In this document: positions 15,645-24,781 of the stretch, one piece after another | How the letters are laid out: every line of letters starts with the position of its first letter | Position numbering within the stretch: position 1 is the first letter of the stretch | Origin: a virus | Taxonomy: Duplodnaviria; Heunggongvirae; Uroviricota; Caudoviricetes | Length of the DNA: 31,452 nucleotides | Virus record (IMG/VR): IMGVR_UViG_2713896902_000003 | Location: 1 to 31,452 of that record | Strand: one strand, 5' to 3' | Position numbers and translations under genes: made by a program | The notes under the pieces: generated by a model | Told to the model about the DNA's origin: nothing | Databases searched by the model: none | The model's input: the letters and a program-made list of their open reading frames with translations, nothing else

Positions 15645-16190
15645 ATGAAGTCGAAAGATGAAATTTTTGACGAAATTCTGGGCAAGGAAGGCGGTTACGT
15701 CAGTCACCCGGATGATAAGGGGGGCCCGACAAAATGGGGTATTACGGAAAAAGTCGCCCGCGCTCACGGATATCAGGGCGATATGCGTGACCTGACACGC
15801 GAACAGGCACTGGAAATCCTTGAGGCGGATTACTGGTTCGGACCACGCTTTGACCAGGTGGCAACGCTGTCGCCGGATATTGCCGCAGAGCTGTGCGATA
15901 CGGGCGTCAACATGGGGCCAGCCGTGGCGTCAAAAATGCTTCAGCGCTGGCTGAATGTGTTTAATCTGCGCGGCAGGCTGTACCCGGATATGGACGCAGA
16001 CGGGCGCATCGGACCTCGTACCATCAGTGCATTGCGCGTATTCCTGAATAATCGCGGTCAGGATGGCGAACGGGTAATGCTGACAGCCCTGAACTGTACG
16101 CAGGGTGACCGCTATCTGGAGCTGGCAGAGAAGCGTGAAGCCAACGAGTCGTTTGTCTACGGCTGGATGAAAGAGCGCGTGGTGGTTTAA
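15645..16190 (+). CDS. Endolysin, GH108-type N-terminal lysozyme domain with C-terminal peptidoglycan-binding domain, about 181 aa
   Basis: Track ORF 15597..16190; ATG 15645 preferred (follows the upstream stop by 1 nt). Contains the GKEGGYVSHPDDKGGPTKWGIT signature (EGGY catalytic motif of GH108) as recalled. Confidence 0.8.
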   Translation: MKSKDEIFDEILGKEGGYVSHPDDKGGPTKWGITEKVARAHGYQGDMRDLTREQALEILEADYWFGPRFDQVATLSPDIAAELCDTGVNMGPAVASKMLQRWLNVFNLRGRLYPDMDADGRIGPRTISALRVFLNNRGQDGERVMLTALNCTQGDRYLELAEKREANESFVYGWMKERVVV

Positions 16191-16350
16191 AAACTAATAC
16201 TGAAGTGCTGAACACCCTCAACTCATGCAGGCTCTTTTCTGGAGTTACGATGAGCGAAAGTAAGGGGTATGGCATCAGATAGCAAAAACCCCGGCTGCGG
16301 TAACAGTCCGGGGATTCCTGTCTCTGGCCCTGGGTAAGGCAAAGGAGAGT

Positions 16351-16533
16351 ATGAGGAAGTATAAACTAATTCTGTTGAGGTTGACTATGAAAAACGGCCT
16401 TGAATTGAAAGCGCCTGTAACTGATGACATCAGCAGAGCGGTGGCTTTTGCCATTAAGTGGGTGGCGGTTGGTATCGCTGTATCTCCGATGCTGTATGGG
16501 CTGGCAAAACTGGTCATTGCGGTGAAATCGTAA
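16351..16533 (+). CDS. Small membrane protein, 60 aa (48 aa if ATG 16387)
   Basis: ORF with RBS AGGAG upstream; C-terminal hydrophobic helix VAVGIAVSPMLYGLAKLVIAV; function unknown. Confidence 0.4.
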   Translation: MRKYKLILLRLTMKNGLELKAPVTDDISRAVAFAIKWVAVGIAVSPMLYGLAKLVIAVKS

Positions 16534-16550
16534 GTGGGGCGGGGGTAAAT

Positions 16551-16685
16551 ATGTCAGACAGCATCGTAAAACTGGTGAGGATTCTCAGTGTGGTTGTTGG
16601 CCTTTCATTTTCAGCAATGTTGGTTGCCATTTTCATTGCTACAGCCTGGCGAGTCTTGAGCTTATCCGGATTGATTGGTGGTTAG
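16551..16685 (+). CDS. Small membrane protein, 44 aa
   Basis: Track ORF 16458..16685; ATG 16551 preferred (RBS GGGGG, 5-nt spacer, 18 nt after upstream stop); one transmembrane helix. Confidence 0.4.
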   Translation: MSDSIVKLVRILSVVVGLSFSAMLVAIFIATAWRVLSLSGLIGG

Positions 16686-16690
16686 CCGGG

Positions 16691-16909
16691 ATGAAGCGGA
16701 AGCACTGGACACACAGAATGCCTCGGGCGGCAGCGAAAAGGGCACTGGTGGCGATACTGGTGCCTTTTTTATTGGTGGGATGCGTCAGCCTGGATAAAGC
16801 GCGCCAGCTTTTCGATACAGCTTCTCAGGTCTGTGAAATTGTCGACGGTGTTCGGCAGTGTCTGCAGAACAGAATGCCTGTAAGAGCAGAATATTTTGCT
16901 GAAAAATGA
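16691..16909 (+). CDS. Putative lipoprotein (possible o-spanin-like), 72 aa (63 aa if ATG 16718)
   Basis: Signal peptide with lipobox LLVG-C; mature part has three more Cys; last small gene of the lysis cassette. Not Pro-rich, so the spanin assignment is weak. Confidence 0.4.
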   Translation: MKRKHWTHRMPRAAAKRALVAILVPFLLVGCVSLDKARQLFDTASQVCEIVDGVRQCLQNRMPVRAEYFAEK

Positions 16910-17043
16910 AGGATGCGCAGCGTCCGGAAAGCATGAAATTCTGTGTTTGTGGCTGCTCAATAAAATAAATTCTTTCTGTCGCCGCGAATACTCAAATGTT
17001 GATCAGTGCCCGGTGCGGCGACGGGCTTCGATATCAGGAGACG

Positions 17044-17184
17044 ATGATGGAAAAAACAGAAAACAAACCGATAGTAATTGGTGCTGATGCTGCTCCGTTT
17101 AAGTTTGAGTTGCCGTTGCCTGGTGGTTCAACAATCGGTCGATCCGATGATGTGCTGGTGGCTTTCCGGCCGTTGATTAAGTAG
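17044..17184 (+). CDS. Small hypothetical protein, 46 aa
   Basis: Track ORF 16996..17184; ATG 17044 preferred (RBS AGGAG, 3-nt spacer); no motif recognized. Confidence 0.3.
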   Translation: MMEKTENKPIVIGADAAPFKFELPLPGGSTIGRSDDVLVAFRPLIK

Positions 17185-17200
17185 TGTGTAGGAGGCGCAG

Positions 17201-17920
17201 GTGGCTGACAGAATTGAGCTAAAGATGGATTTTTCTTCTCAGGATATTCAACGACAACTCCGGCGCCTTGAAGAACGCGAATTGCCGTTCGCAATGGCGC
17301 TTACGGCAACCAGAACGGCAAAGGCTTCTCAGGCTGCGATTAAGGATGAAATTAATCGGGTATTTGACAGGCCCACGCCGTGGATTCAGAACTCTACTTA
17401 CGTTTTAGCCGCAAAGAAGAGTGCTCCTACAGCCATTGTGTATGCTCGTGAATGGGGGGGAACGCCAGCCCCCGTAACGTTGACTCCGCAAATCGAGGGC
17501 GGCCAACGACAGTACAAACGTTCAGAAGGGGCGCTAAGGTCTGGTGGATATTTGCCTGACGGCTGGCAGCTTGCTCCTGGTCCCGGCGCAAAGCTGGACA
17601 AATACGGGAATATTTCGCGGGGGCAACTACAGCAGGTCTTATCTGGCCTGAGAGTTCAGCGAGATGCGCATCAAAATCGCCGTCAGGGAAAGCCTACGGA
17701 GTTTTTTGTTGTTCGACCTGGTACAAGTAACCCGCTTCAACCAGGCGTCTGGCAGCGCGTTGGGCGGCGTCCTGCGTTGATCCTTACGTTTATCCAGCAA
17801 CCTAACTATTCGCAGCGTCTTGACTGGTATGGCGTGGCGCTGCGTGCTGGTGAGGATGCGTTTGCTGATGAGGTCACAAAGGCTATTGATGACATCCTTT
17901 CTAAGACGTTCTCTCGTTAA
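17201..17920 (+). CDS. Hypothetical protein, 239 aa
   Basis: GC-rich ORF with RBS GGAGG between the lysis cassette and an AT-rich non-coding region upstream of the packaging genes; no motif recognized. Confidence 0.6.
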   Translation: MADRIELKMDFSSQDIQRQLRRLEERELPFAMALTATRTAKASQAAIKDEINRVFDRPTPWIQNSTYVLAAKKSAPTAIVYAREWGGTPAPVTLTPQIEGGQRQYKRSEGALRSGGYLPDGWQLAPGPGAKLDKYGNISRGQLQQVLSGLRVQRDAHQNRRQGKPTEFFVVRPGTSNPLQPGVWQRVGRRPALILTFIQQPNYSQRLDWYGVALRAGEDAFADEVTKAIDDILSKTFSR

Positions 17921-18477
17921 TCATCGTGTGGTTGATGGTGTTGTTATGCAGGGTGTATTCACTGTGTTCTGTAGCGTCGCTCGCTGGCTGTCTGTGGGGG
18001 AGCACGAGCATCGTTTCATCGTCCGGCAGAATTGGGTCCTTCTGGCCAAAAGCGTTGGATGCGGGTCATTCGAACCCCGATGTTCGGCTAGCTAAACGTG
18101 AAAAAAGTTAGGTTAAAAGTTGCGGTAAAAGAAATTTACTCATCTTATTGAAAAATATCGGGAAAACGTGATTTTTTGCTGTATTTGTGCTGGTAAAAAG
18201 AAAGTAGAAAATTTTCTTTTAGATCATCAAGATACGCGCAGATCTTTAACCAATGTGAGGTTGTTCTGGTAAAAATCGTTATAAATCATGTAAATACATC
18301 CAATCTTTTAACCAAAACACCATCGCAAGATCCTTTTTACTTATAAAAACTTAATAAAATCAGATAATTATGCTGGTTTGTGTGATTTTTTATGAGTAAA
18401 AAGATCGTCATTTTTCTCTTTTAGTATCAATAAGTTAAACAGTTTTCTTTAACCTGTTGTGTTATGGCGGTTAAAAA

Positions 18478-19068
18478 ATGGCTCTAAAAATCGAATATTT
18501 ACCAGTCGGTAAGCTGCTCAGATACGCCAAAAATTCACGGACTCATTCAGATGAGCAAGTTGATCAGTTGGTGAACAGTATCCGTGAGTTCGGTTTCACT
18601 AATCCTGTGCTGATCGATGAAAAGAATGAACTGATTGCGGGGCATGGGCGGCTTGCAGCAGCCGAAATACTGGAAATGGATAAAGTTCCGGCGATTCGGT
18701 TGAGTAACCTTTCTGAAAAACAGAAGAAGGCTTACAGGATTGCAGATAACAAGCTGGCCTTAAATGCTGGCTGGGATATGCAGCTTCTGGCCGAAGAAGT
18801 CAAAGAGTTAATGGATGACGATTTCGATATTGATCTGCTTGGGTTTAATGATGCGGAGCTTGACGAAATGTTAAGCGATGAACAGCCGCAGGAAGAAGAC
18901 GATAATTCTTCTCCTGTTGTTCAAATTAAGTACCTGGCTATTGATAAAGAACGTATTCCCGCGACGGATATGGAAATTGCATTGTTGCTGGATGTTTATC
19001 GTCAGTACCACGACGCGCATGAAACGCATGAGGGATTTGTTCAGTATCTTGCTAATGGTTGCAAGTAA
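18478..19068 (+). CDS. ParB-like nuclease domain protein, 196 aa
   Basis: N-terminal ParB/sulfiredoxin-type motif (ELIAGHGRLAAAE); acidic C-terminus; common immediately upstream of terminase genes. Confidence 0.7.
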   Translation: MALKIEYLPVGKLLRYAKNSRTHSDEQVDQLVNSIREFGFTNPVLIDEKNELIAGHGRLAAAEILEMDKVPAIRLSNLSEKQKKAYRIADNKLALNAGWDMQLLAEEVKELMDDDFDIDLLGFNDAELDEMLSDEQPQEEDDNSSPVVQIKYLAIDKERIPATDMEIALLLDVYRQYHDAHETHEGFVQYLANGCK

Positions 19069-19628
19069 TGGCCATCGTCAGTAAGTCAGAGTTTGCTCGC
19101 CGGAAAGGTATTTCTCCGGCAATGGTTACGAAGCTCTGTCGTTCCGGTCGCATTCCAGTGCTGAAAAGCGGCAAGCTGGATTTTGATAAAGCCAGTGCGG
19201 CTTATGCAGCGAGCCGACAGGTTGGTCGTGAGGTATCTGCTGAAAATGGAAAAAGAGGGCATGGGATATCTTCGGAACAACCAGAGTTACCTGCTGATGA
19301 TGCCGGATTAGCTGGTGGTACTTCCGGTGTTGCGGTGCAATTCAACAAGGCTAAGACCGCAGAAAAAATTTATCAGGCAAAGCTGAAACGCCTTGAATTT
19401 GAAGAAAAGGAAGGCTCTCTCATCGCTAAAGATGCGGTCAGGGATGATGCATTTCTGGCAGCTAATGAATTGCGTAGCCGCTTATTTAGTATTGCTCCAA
19501 GAGCAGCTCCCCGTTGTGAAGGCAAAACAGCCAGGGAGATCGAACGCATTATTGAAGACGAGATTAACTTTGCGCTTCAGGCGCTCCAGGAATCCAGATT
19601 TATTAAGCAGGAAGAGCAGGAAAAATAA
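19068..19628 (+). CDS. Terminase small subunit (Nu1-like), about 186 aa
   Basis: Track ORF 19059..19628; ATG 19068 overlaps the ParB-like stop. N-terminal HTH (SKSEFARRKGISPAMVTKL), directly upstream of the large terminase gene. Confidence 0.7.
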   Translation: MAIVSKSEFARRKGISPAMVTKLCRSGRIPVLKSGKLDFDKASAAYAASRQVGREVSAENGKRGHGISSEQPELPADDAGLAGGTSGVAVQFNKAKTAEKIYQAKLKRLEFEEKEGSLIAKDAVRDDAFLAANELRSRLFSIAPRAAPRCEGKTAREIERIIEDEINFALQALQESRFIKQEEQEK

Positions 19629-19633
19629 ACCTC

Positions 19634-21490
19634 ATGGGCGAAACAGTCTGGAGCACCGCTTTTTTCCGTGCGCTTCGCCCTAAATCACGGCTAACTGTTT
19701 CCGAATGGGCTGATAAGTATCGCCATGTAGCGCCGGGAACGTCTCCAGAGCCGGGGCCGTGGCGTACAAGCCGGGTGCCATATTTGCGTGAGCCAATGGA
19801 TGTTATTGGTGACGCTGATACAGAAACAGTAGTGATGCAATGTAGCTCGCAAATTGGTAAATCTGAATTACAGCTAAATGTTATGGGCTACTTTGCAGAT
19901 CAGGAGCCATCTCCTCAGTTGATGATTTATCCAACGGTAGAGGCGGCTGAGGCTTTTTCAAAGGAACGTATTGATCCGACGTTCAAATATTCCCCTGGTT
20001 TGAAACACAAGCTGCATGAAGGGAAAGAGGGGCGCGGCGCAGCCAAAAAGTCCAGCACGACTATACGTATGAAGCATTACGCTGGTGGATATATAGCACT
20101 TGTTGGTGCTAATTCCCCAGCAGGTCTTGCATCCAGGCCAATTCGAATACTGTTAGCTGATGAGATTGATCGTTACGGTGTAACGCAGGAGGGCGACCCA
20201 CTAAAACTAGGTATTCAGCGTACTACCAACTTTCATAATCGTAAGAAAGTTTTTGTTTCTACTCCTGTTTTGGAGGAAACGAGCAAAATCCACAAGTGGT
20301 TTAAGCTCTCAGATCAGCGTTACTACCATGTTCCTTGCCCATGTTGTGGGGCCATGCAGGTGATGAAATGGTCGCAGGTCAGATGGGATAAGAGTGATTC
20401 AGGTGAGGCGTTACCGGAAACGGCCAGATATGAGTGCTGTGAGTGCGGCGGGATTATGCGCGGATCTGGTAAACCAGACGTTGATTGGTTGGCGAAGGGG
20501 ATATGGATAGCTGAATATCCTGGAGTTAAAGGTATTGTTGGTTTTCATATTAACAGTCTTTACTCCCCGTGGGTTGCATTGTCAGAGCTGGTTGAAGAAT
20601 TTACGGAAGCAACCAGAAACCGTGATAAAAATGGATTAATGGAGTTTATTAACCTTAAGCTGGGTGAGCCATGGAAAGAGGATGCTAAGGACGATATCGA
20701 TCCTGAATACTTGTTGCAACGCAGAATAAGGTTTGAAGAGTTTTTACCAGATGATGTTTTATTGTTAAGTGCTGGTGTTGATGTACAGGACACATATTTA
20801 GTTTGTGAATTGGTCGGTTGGGGAAAAGGTAAGGAATCATGGGGGATAGAATATAAAATATTTCCGGGCGATCCCGCACAAGATGTTGTCTGGAAACAAC
20901 TTGATGAATACCTACTCCGTAGCTGGTCATTCCGTGACGGTCGAAAATTACAGATTTCTTCCGTTTGTATTGACTCTGGTGGGCATTTTACAACAGAGGT
21001 ATATCGATTTACTAAGCCGCGGGAATCAAGGCGAATATACTCTATCAGAGGTCGTGGTGGGGTAGGTTTACCATTTATAGGAAAGCCAGGTAATAATAAC
21101 CGTGTGGGTGCTATGTTGTTTAATTTGGGGGTTGATGATGGTAAAGGGACCATCATGGCACGAATTAAGATACATGATCCTGGTCCTGGTTATATGCATT
21201 TTCCATTAGATTCTGACAGAGGATATGATACCGAATACTTTAAAGGGCTATTATCTGAGAAAAAAATATTTGAATATAAAAATGGTCAGACAAAAGAAAA
21301 GTGGGTGAAAGTCTACGAGCGTAACGAGCCTCTTGATTGCCGTAACTATGCAACTGCTGCGATGGAAATTCTGAACCCTAATTTTAACTGGCTTGCCGAA
21401 CAGGAAATGCGAGGTAATGTGTATGTGCAGAACTCGTCAGGTATACGTAGAAGACGCCGTAGAGTTATAAGTAAAGGCGTAACCATATAG
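19634..21490 (+). CDS. Terminase large subunit (lambda gpA-like), 618 aa
   Basis: Size, position and N-terminal region (WADKYRHVAPGTSPEPGPWRTSRVPYLREPMD; Walker A-like SSQIGKSE) consistent with the gpA family. Confidence 0.85.
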   Translation: MGETVWSTAFFRALRPKSRLTVSEWADKYRHVAPGTSPEPGPWRTSRVPYLREPMDVIGDADTETVVMQCSSQIGKSELQLNVMGYFADQEPSPQLMIYPTVEAAEAFSKERIDPTFKYSPGLKHKLHEGKEGRGAAKKSSTTIRMKHYAGGYIALVGANSPAGLASRPIRILLADEIDRYGVTQEGDPLKLGIQRTTNFHNRKKVFVSTPVLEETSKIHKWFKLSDQRYYHVPCPCCGAMQVMKWSQVRWDKSDSGEALPETARYECCECGGIMRGSGKPDVDWLAKGIWIAEYPGVKGIVGFHINSLYSPWVALSELVEEFTEATRNRDKNGLMEFINLKLGEPWKEDAKDDIDPEYLLQRRIRFEEFLPDDVLLLSAGVDVQDTYLVCELVGWGKGKESWGIEYKIFPGDPAQDVVWKQLDEYLLRSWSFRDGRKLQISSVCIDSGGHFTTEVYRFTKPRESRRIYSIRGRGGVGLPFIGKPGNNNRVGAMLFNLGVDDGKGTIMARIKIHDPGPGYMHFPLDSDRGYDTEYFKGLLSEKKIFEYKNGQTKEKWVKVYERNEPLDCRNYATAAMEILNPNFNWLAEQEMRGNVYVQNSSGIRRRRRRVISKGVTI

Positions 21491-21501
21491 AGGAAATATA
21501 A

Positions 21502-21741
21502 ATGAACAATGAAGCATTTTCTCTGACTGAAGCCAGAGAGATGTTATCTGTCTGGCGGGAAGCATATCGCGCTATTGCTATTGGCGGTCAGTCATATAAA
21601 TTTGGCACGCGGCAGTTAACTCGTGCGGATTTGTCAGAAGTCAGAAAAGAGATGGATTACTGGCGTAATGAAGTAGAAAGATTATCAGCAGGTATACGCC
21701 GAGGCCCACGAATTAAACGAGTGGTGATAAGAGATTTATGA
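21502..21741 (+). CDS. Head-tail joining protein, gpW-like, 79 aa
   Basis: Small ORF between terminase and portal, as in lambda; RBS AGAGGA. Confidence 0.55.
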   Translation: MNNEAFSLTEAREMLSVWREAYRAIAIGGQSYKFGTRQLTRADLSEVRKEMDYWRNEVERLSAGIRRGPRIKRVVIRDL

Positions 21742-23312
21742 ATATTCTTGATCGAGTTATTGCGCCGTTTTCACCTCAGAGGGCATTAAATCGAGCTTTG
21801 GCAAGAAAACGGTTAGAAACACTTGAAAGTATTAATAACCTTGGATATTCACGTCATGGTGCAAGCACTCATAAAAAATCATTAAGGGGTTGGTTTAGTA
21901 AAGCTGGTTCTCCTGATGATGATATTGTTAAAAATATAGATAAATTGCGTGAGCGTTCTCGTGATCTCTTCATGGGAAACCCGCTATCGGTTGGCGCAAT
22001 AAAAACTATCAGGACAAACGTTGTTGGCTCCGGTTTAAAACTAAATGCGAACATTGATGCCGATTTTTTGGGGATGACGCAGGAAGAAGCGCGAGCATGG
22101 GAAAAACATGTTGAGCGTGAGTTTAGATTATGGGCTGATTCTCCAGATTGTGATGCATCAAGAATGTGTACTTTTGGACAATTGCAATCATTGGTCCAGA
22201 TATCTGCGTTAACATCTGGCGATATATTTGCTGCGCTACCAGTTATTAAGCGAAAGGGTGTTATCTATGATTTATGCGTCTATTTAATTGAAGGTGATCG
22301 TGTTTGTAATCCAGAGGATCGTTTTATACCAAATCTTTACGGTGGCGTAGAGGTTGGTGAATTTAGCGAGCCTGTGGCGTACTGGGTTGCAAAACATCAC
22401 CCAGCTGGGACTTCTGGTTTTGTAACCCGCAAGTGGGAACGTATTCCCGCATATGGGAGTAAAACAGGAAGAAGAAATATTCTGCATGTCATGCAGGATT
22501 TTGAAAGGCCTGGGCAACGTCGTGGCGTTCCTGTCCTTGCTCCTGTAATTGAAGCATTGAAGCAGTTAGGACGATACACCGATGCTGAATTGGTTGCTGC
22601 GGTTGTGTCAGGGATGTTTACAGTTTTTATTAAAACAGACGCGCCTGATGGACCAGTAGGCGGATCGGGTATCCCTCAGTACGAGCAGATCGATAATCAT
22701 GATGATAACACCCAGGAAATGGGGAATGGCTCCATAGTAAGTTTGGGCGAAGGTGAGTCGATAGATACAGCAAATCCCGGGCGACCAAATACGGCATTTG
22801 ATGGTTTTGTTGTCGCCATATGCCGTCAAATTGGGGCGGCTTTAGAACTCCCTTACGAACTCTTGGTAAAACATTTTACAGCAAGTTATAGCGCGAGTAG
22901 GGCCGCATTACTTGAGGCCTGGAAAATGTTCCGTATGCGACGTGACTGGATGGTTCAGTCATTCTGTCAACCGATCTATGAGGAATGGTTGGCCGAAGCT
23001 GTTGCCAAAGGTCGTGTTATTGCTCCTGGTTTTTTTTATGGTCCTGAATATCGCGCGGCATGGAGTGGCGCCCAATGGTATGGGCCATCACAAGGCCAAT
23101 TAGACCCTCTTAAAGAGGTTAAAGCTGCAAAAATGCGTGTTGAAGAAACATTCTCTACCCGTGAAAAAGAAGCGGCTGAAATGTCAGGTCTTAACTGGGA
23201 AGAAACCGCACAAATTTGTGGCAGGGAGGAGAGAGCTCGCCGTGAATTGGGGCTGATTACGCCTCCTGTTTCTGAGGTAAATGAACAAAATATGGAGACA
23301 GATGATGCCTGA
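21738..23312 (+). CDS. Portal protein (lambda gpB-like), 524 aa
   Basis: Size and position after terminase and gpW, before the prohead protease. Confidence 0.8.
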   Translation: MNILDRVIAPFSPQRALNRALARKRLETLESINNLGYSRHGASTHKKSLRGWFSKAGSPDDDIVKNIDKLRERSRDLFMGNPLSVGAIKTIRTNVVGSGLKLNANIDADFLGMTQEEARAWEKHVEREFRLWADSPDCDASRMCTFGQLQSLVQISALTSGDIFAALPVIKRKGVIYDLCVYLIEGDRVCNPEDRFIPNLYGGVEVGEFSEPVAYWVAKHHPAGTSGFVTRKWERIPAYGSKTGRRNILHVMQDFERPGQRRGVPVLAPVIEALKQLGRYTDAELVAAVVSGMFTVFIKTDAPDGPVGGSGIPQYEQIDNHDDNTQEMGNGSIVSLGEGESIDTANPGRPNTAFDGFVVAICRQIGAALELPYELLVKHFTASYSASRAALLEAWKMFRMRRDWMVQSFCQPIYEEWLAEAVAKGRVIAPGFFYGPEYRAAWSGAQWYGPSQGQLDPLKEVKAAKMRVEETFSTREKEAAEMSGLNWEETAQICGREERARRELGLITPPVSEVNEQNMETDDA

Positions 23313-24369
23313 TTGGTGGGAAATAAAAAATAGCACGGGTGAAGATGACTCTCCGGCTGAACTTTTAATTTACGGATATATTGGTGAATTTGATGAGGTT
23401 TCTTCTTCTGATATAGTGAATAAGCTAAAGGATATTTCATCAAATACTATCAACGTAAAAATTAATAGTTATGGCGGTTCTGTTTTTACTGCTCAAGCTA
23501 TTCTTTCATCATTAAAGCGCCATAAGGCAAATATTACTGTTTATATTGACGGTATTGCTGCATCTGCTGCAACTATTATTGCAATGGCGGGTGATAAAAT
23601 TATTATCCCATCTAATGCTATGATGATGATCCATAATCCGTGGACATGGGCAATGGGGGATGCGGATGAATTGCGTGATATTGCTGAGATGATGGATAAA
23701 ATACGAAACAGTATTTTATCTGCATATAAGGAGAAAACAGGGCTTTCTGAAGATAAGTTAATTGAACTGATGGATCAGGAAACCTGGCTAAATGCAGAAG
23801 AAGCTGTTGAGCTTGGGTTTGCTGACGAGGTTGAAAAACCAATACGGCTATCTGCTTCCATAAAGGAAGGGATGCTTTCGCTCAATGGAATAACTTTTGA
23901 AGCATCAAGGTTTTCAAAATTACCTGATTCGCTCGCAAAGCTGCCGCAAAATAAAAATGAATTATCTACTGAATCAAATGAACAAAATGAGGATGATGTT
24001 GTGACTCTTGATGAATTAAAAAATAAACATCCAGAATTATACAATCAGGTTTTTAATGCTGGTAAAGATGAGGGCGTTAAATCAGAACGCGAGCGCATTG
24101 AAACAATTGAGAATAGCGTGATTCCAGGTCATGACGACCTGGTTAAGAATGCAAAATTCAAAACGGGAGTTTCTGCTGCTGAACTTGCTTTGGAAATTAT
24201 GAATGCAGAGCGAGCGCGTAACAAAAACTTTCTTAATCAACGGCAAGAAGACGCAAATGAGGTGAATGATTCAGTTGATGTTAATCAACCAGAAAACAAC
24301 GGCAACAAACAGGCTGAAGCAGTAAAAAATATTATTGGGTCAGTATTTAAAAACCGCGATAAAAATTAA
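23281..24369 (+). CDS. Prohead protease, ClpP/S49-like, with C-terminal scaffold-like region, 362 aa
   Basis: ClpP-like segment SYGGSVFTAQAI...IDGIAASAATIIAMAGDKIIIPSNAMMMIHNPW; charged, coiled-coil-like C-terminal half. Confidence 0.75.
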   Translation: MNKIWRQMMPDWWEIKNSTGEDDSPAELLIYGYIGEFDEVSSSDIVNKLKDISSNTINVKINSYGGSVFTAQAILSSLKRHKANITVYIDGIAASAATIIAMAGDKIIIPSNAMMMIHNPWTWAMGDADELRDIAEMMDKIRNSILSAYKEKTGLSEDKLIELMDQETWLNAEEAVELGFADEVEKPIRLSASIKEGMLSLNGITFEASRFSKLPDSLAKLPQNKNELSTESNEQNEDDVVTLDELKNKHPELYNQVFNAGKDEGVKSERERIETIENSVIPGHDDLVKNAKFKTGVSAAELALEIMNAERARNKNFLNQRQEDANEVNDSVDVNQPENNGNKQAEAVKNIIGSVFKNRDKN

Positions 24370-24378
24370 GGTGAGTTT

Positions 24379-24762
24379 ATGCGAGAGTCTTTTTCATTTG
24401 AACCAGATAATCTGATTATTTCTGGTGGTATGCCAGCAATTCCAACAAGTATTAAACTTGCCAGCGGTAAAGTAAAACGGGGTGAGTTACTTGCTTTTGT
24501 CAGTATTGATCAGACAACAAATGTTGTCACTGTGGCGCCAATAAACCTCTCTGGTGAAGGGGAGGCAAAAGAACCGTATTGTATCGCTCAACACAGTATT
24601 GATGCGACTGATTCAGCGCAAGTCGGGACAGCATGGTTGACCGGAATGTTCAATGCACATGCGGTTATCCTTCCTGAATCAGCAAAGGTTGCCGATGTAT
24701 ATTTAGCTTGCCGGAAGGTTGGGATATTCCTTAATACCGCACAACAAAATCCATCTGCATAA
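24379..24762 (+). CDS. Head decoration protein candidate (gpD-like), 127 aa
   Basis: Small ORF between protease and major capsid gene, the lambda D position. Confidence 0.5.
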   Translation: MRESFSFEPDNLIISGGMPAIPTSIKLASGKVKRGELLAFVSIDQTTNVVTVAPINLSGEGEAKEPYCIAQHSIDATDSAQVGTAWLTGMFNAHAVILPESAKVADVYLACRKVGIFLNTAQQNPSA

Positions 24763-24781
24763 TATAAAGAGGTAATATTTT

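Noticed and set aside
20560-21156. Reverse-strand ORF of 198 aa inside the large terminase gene
   Set aside because: Antisense to a well-supported terminase ORF; low-complexity Ser/Asn/Pro-rich translation.
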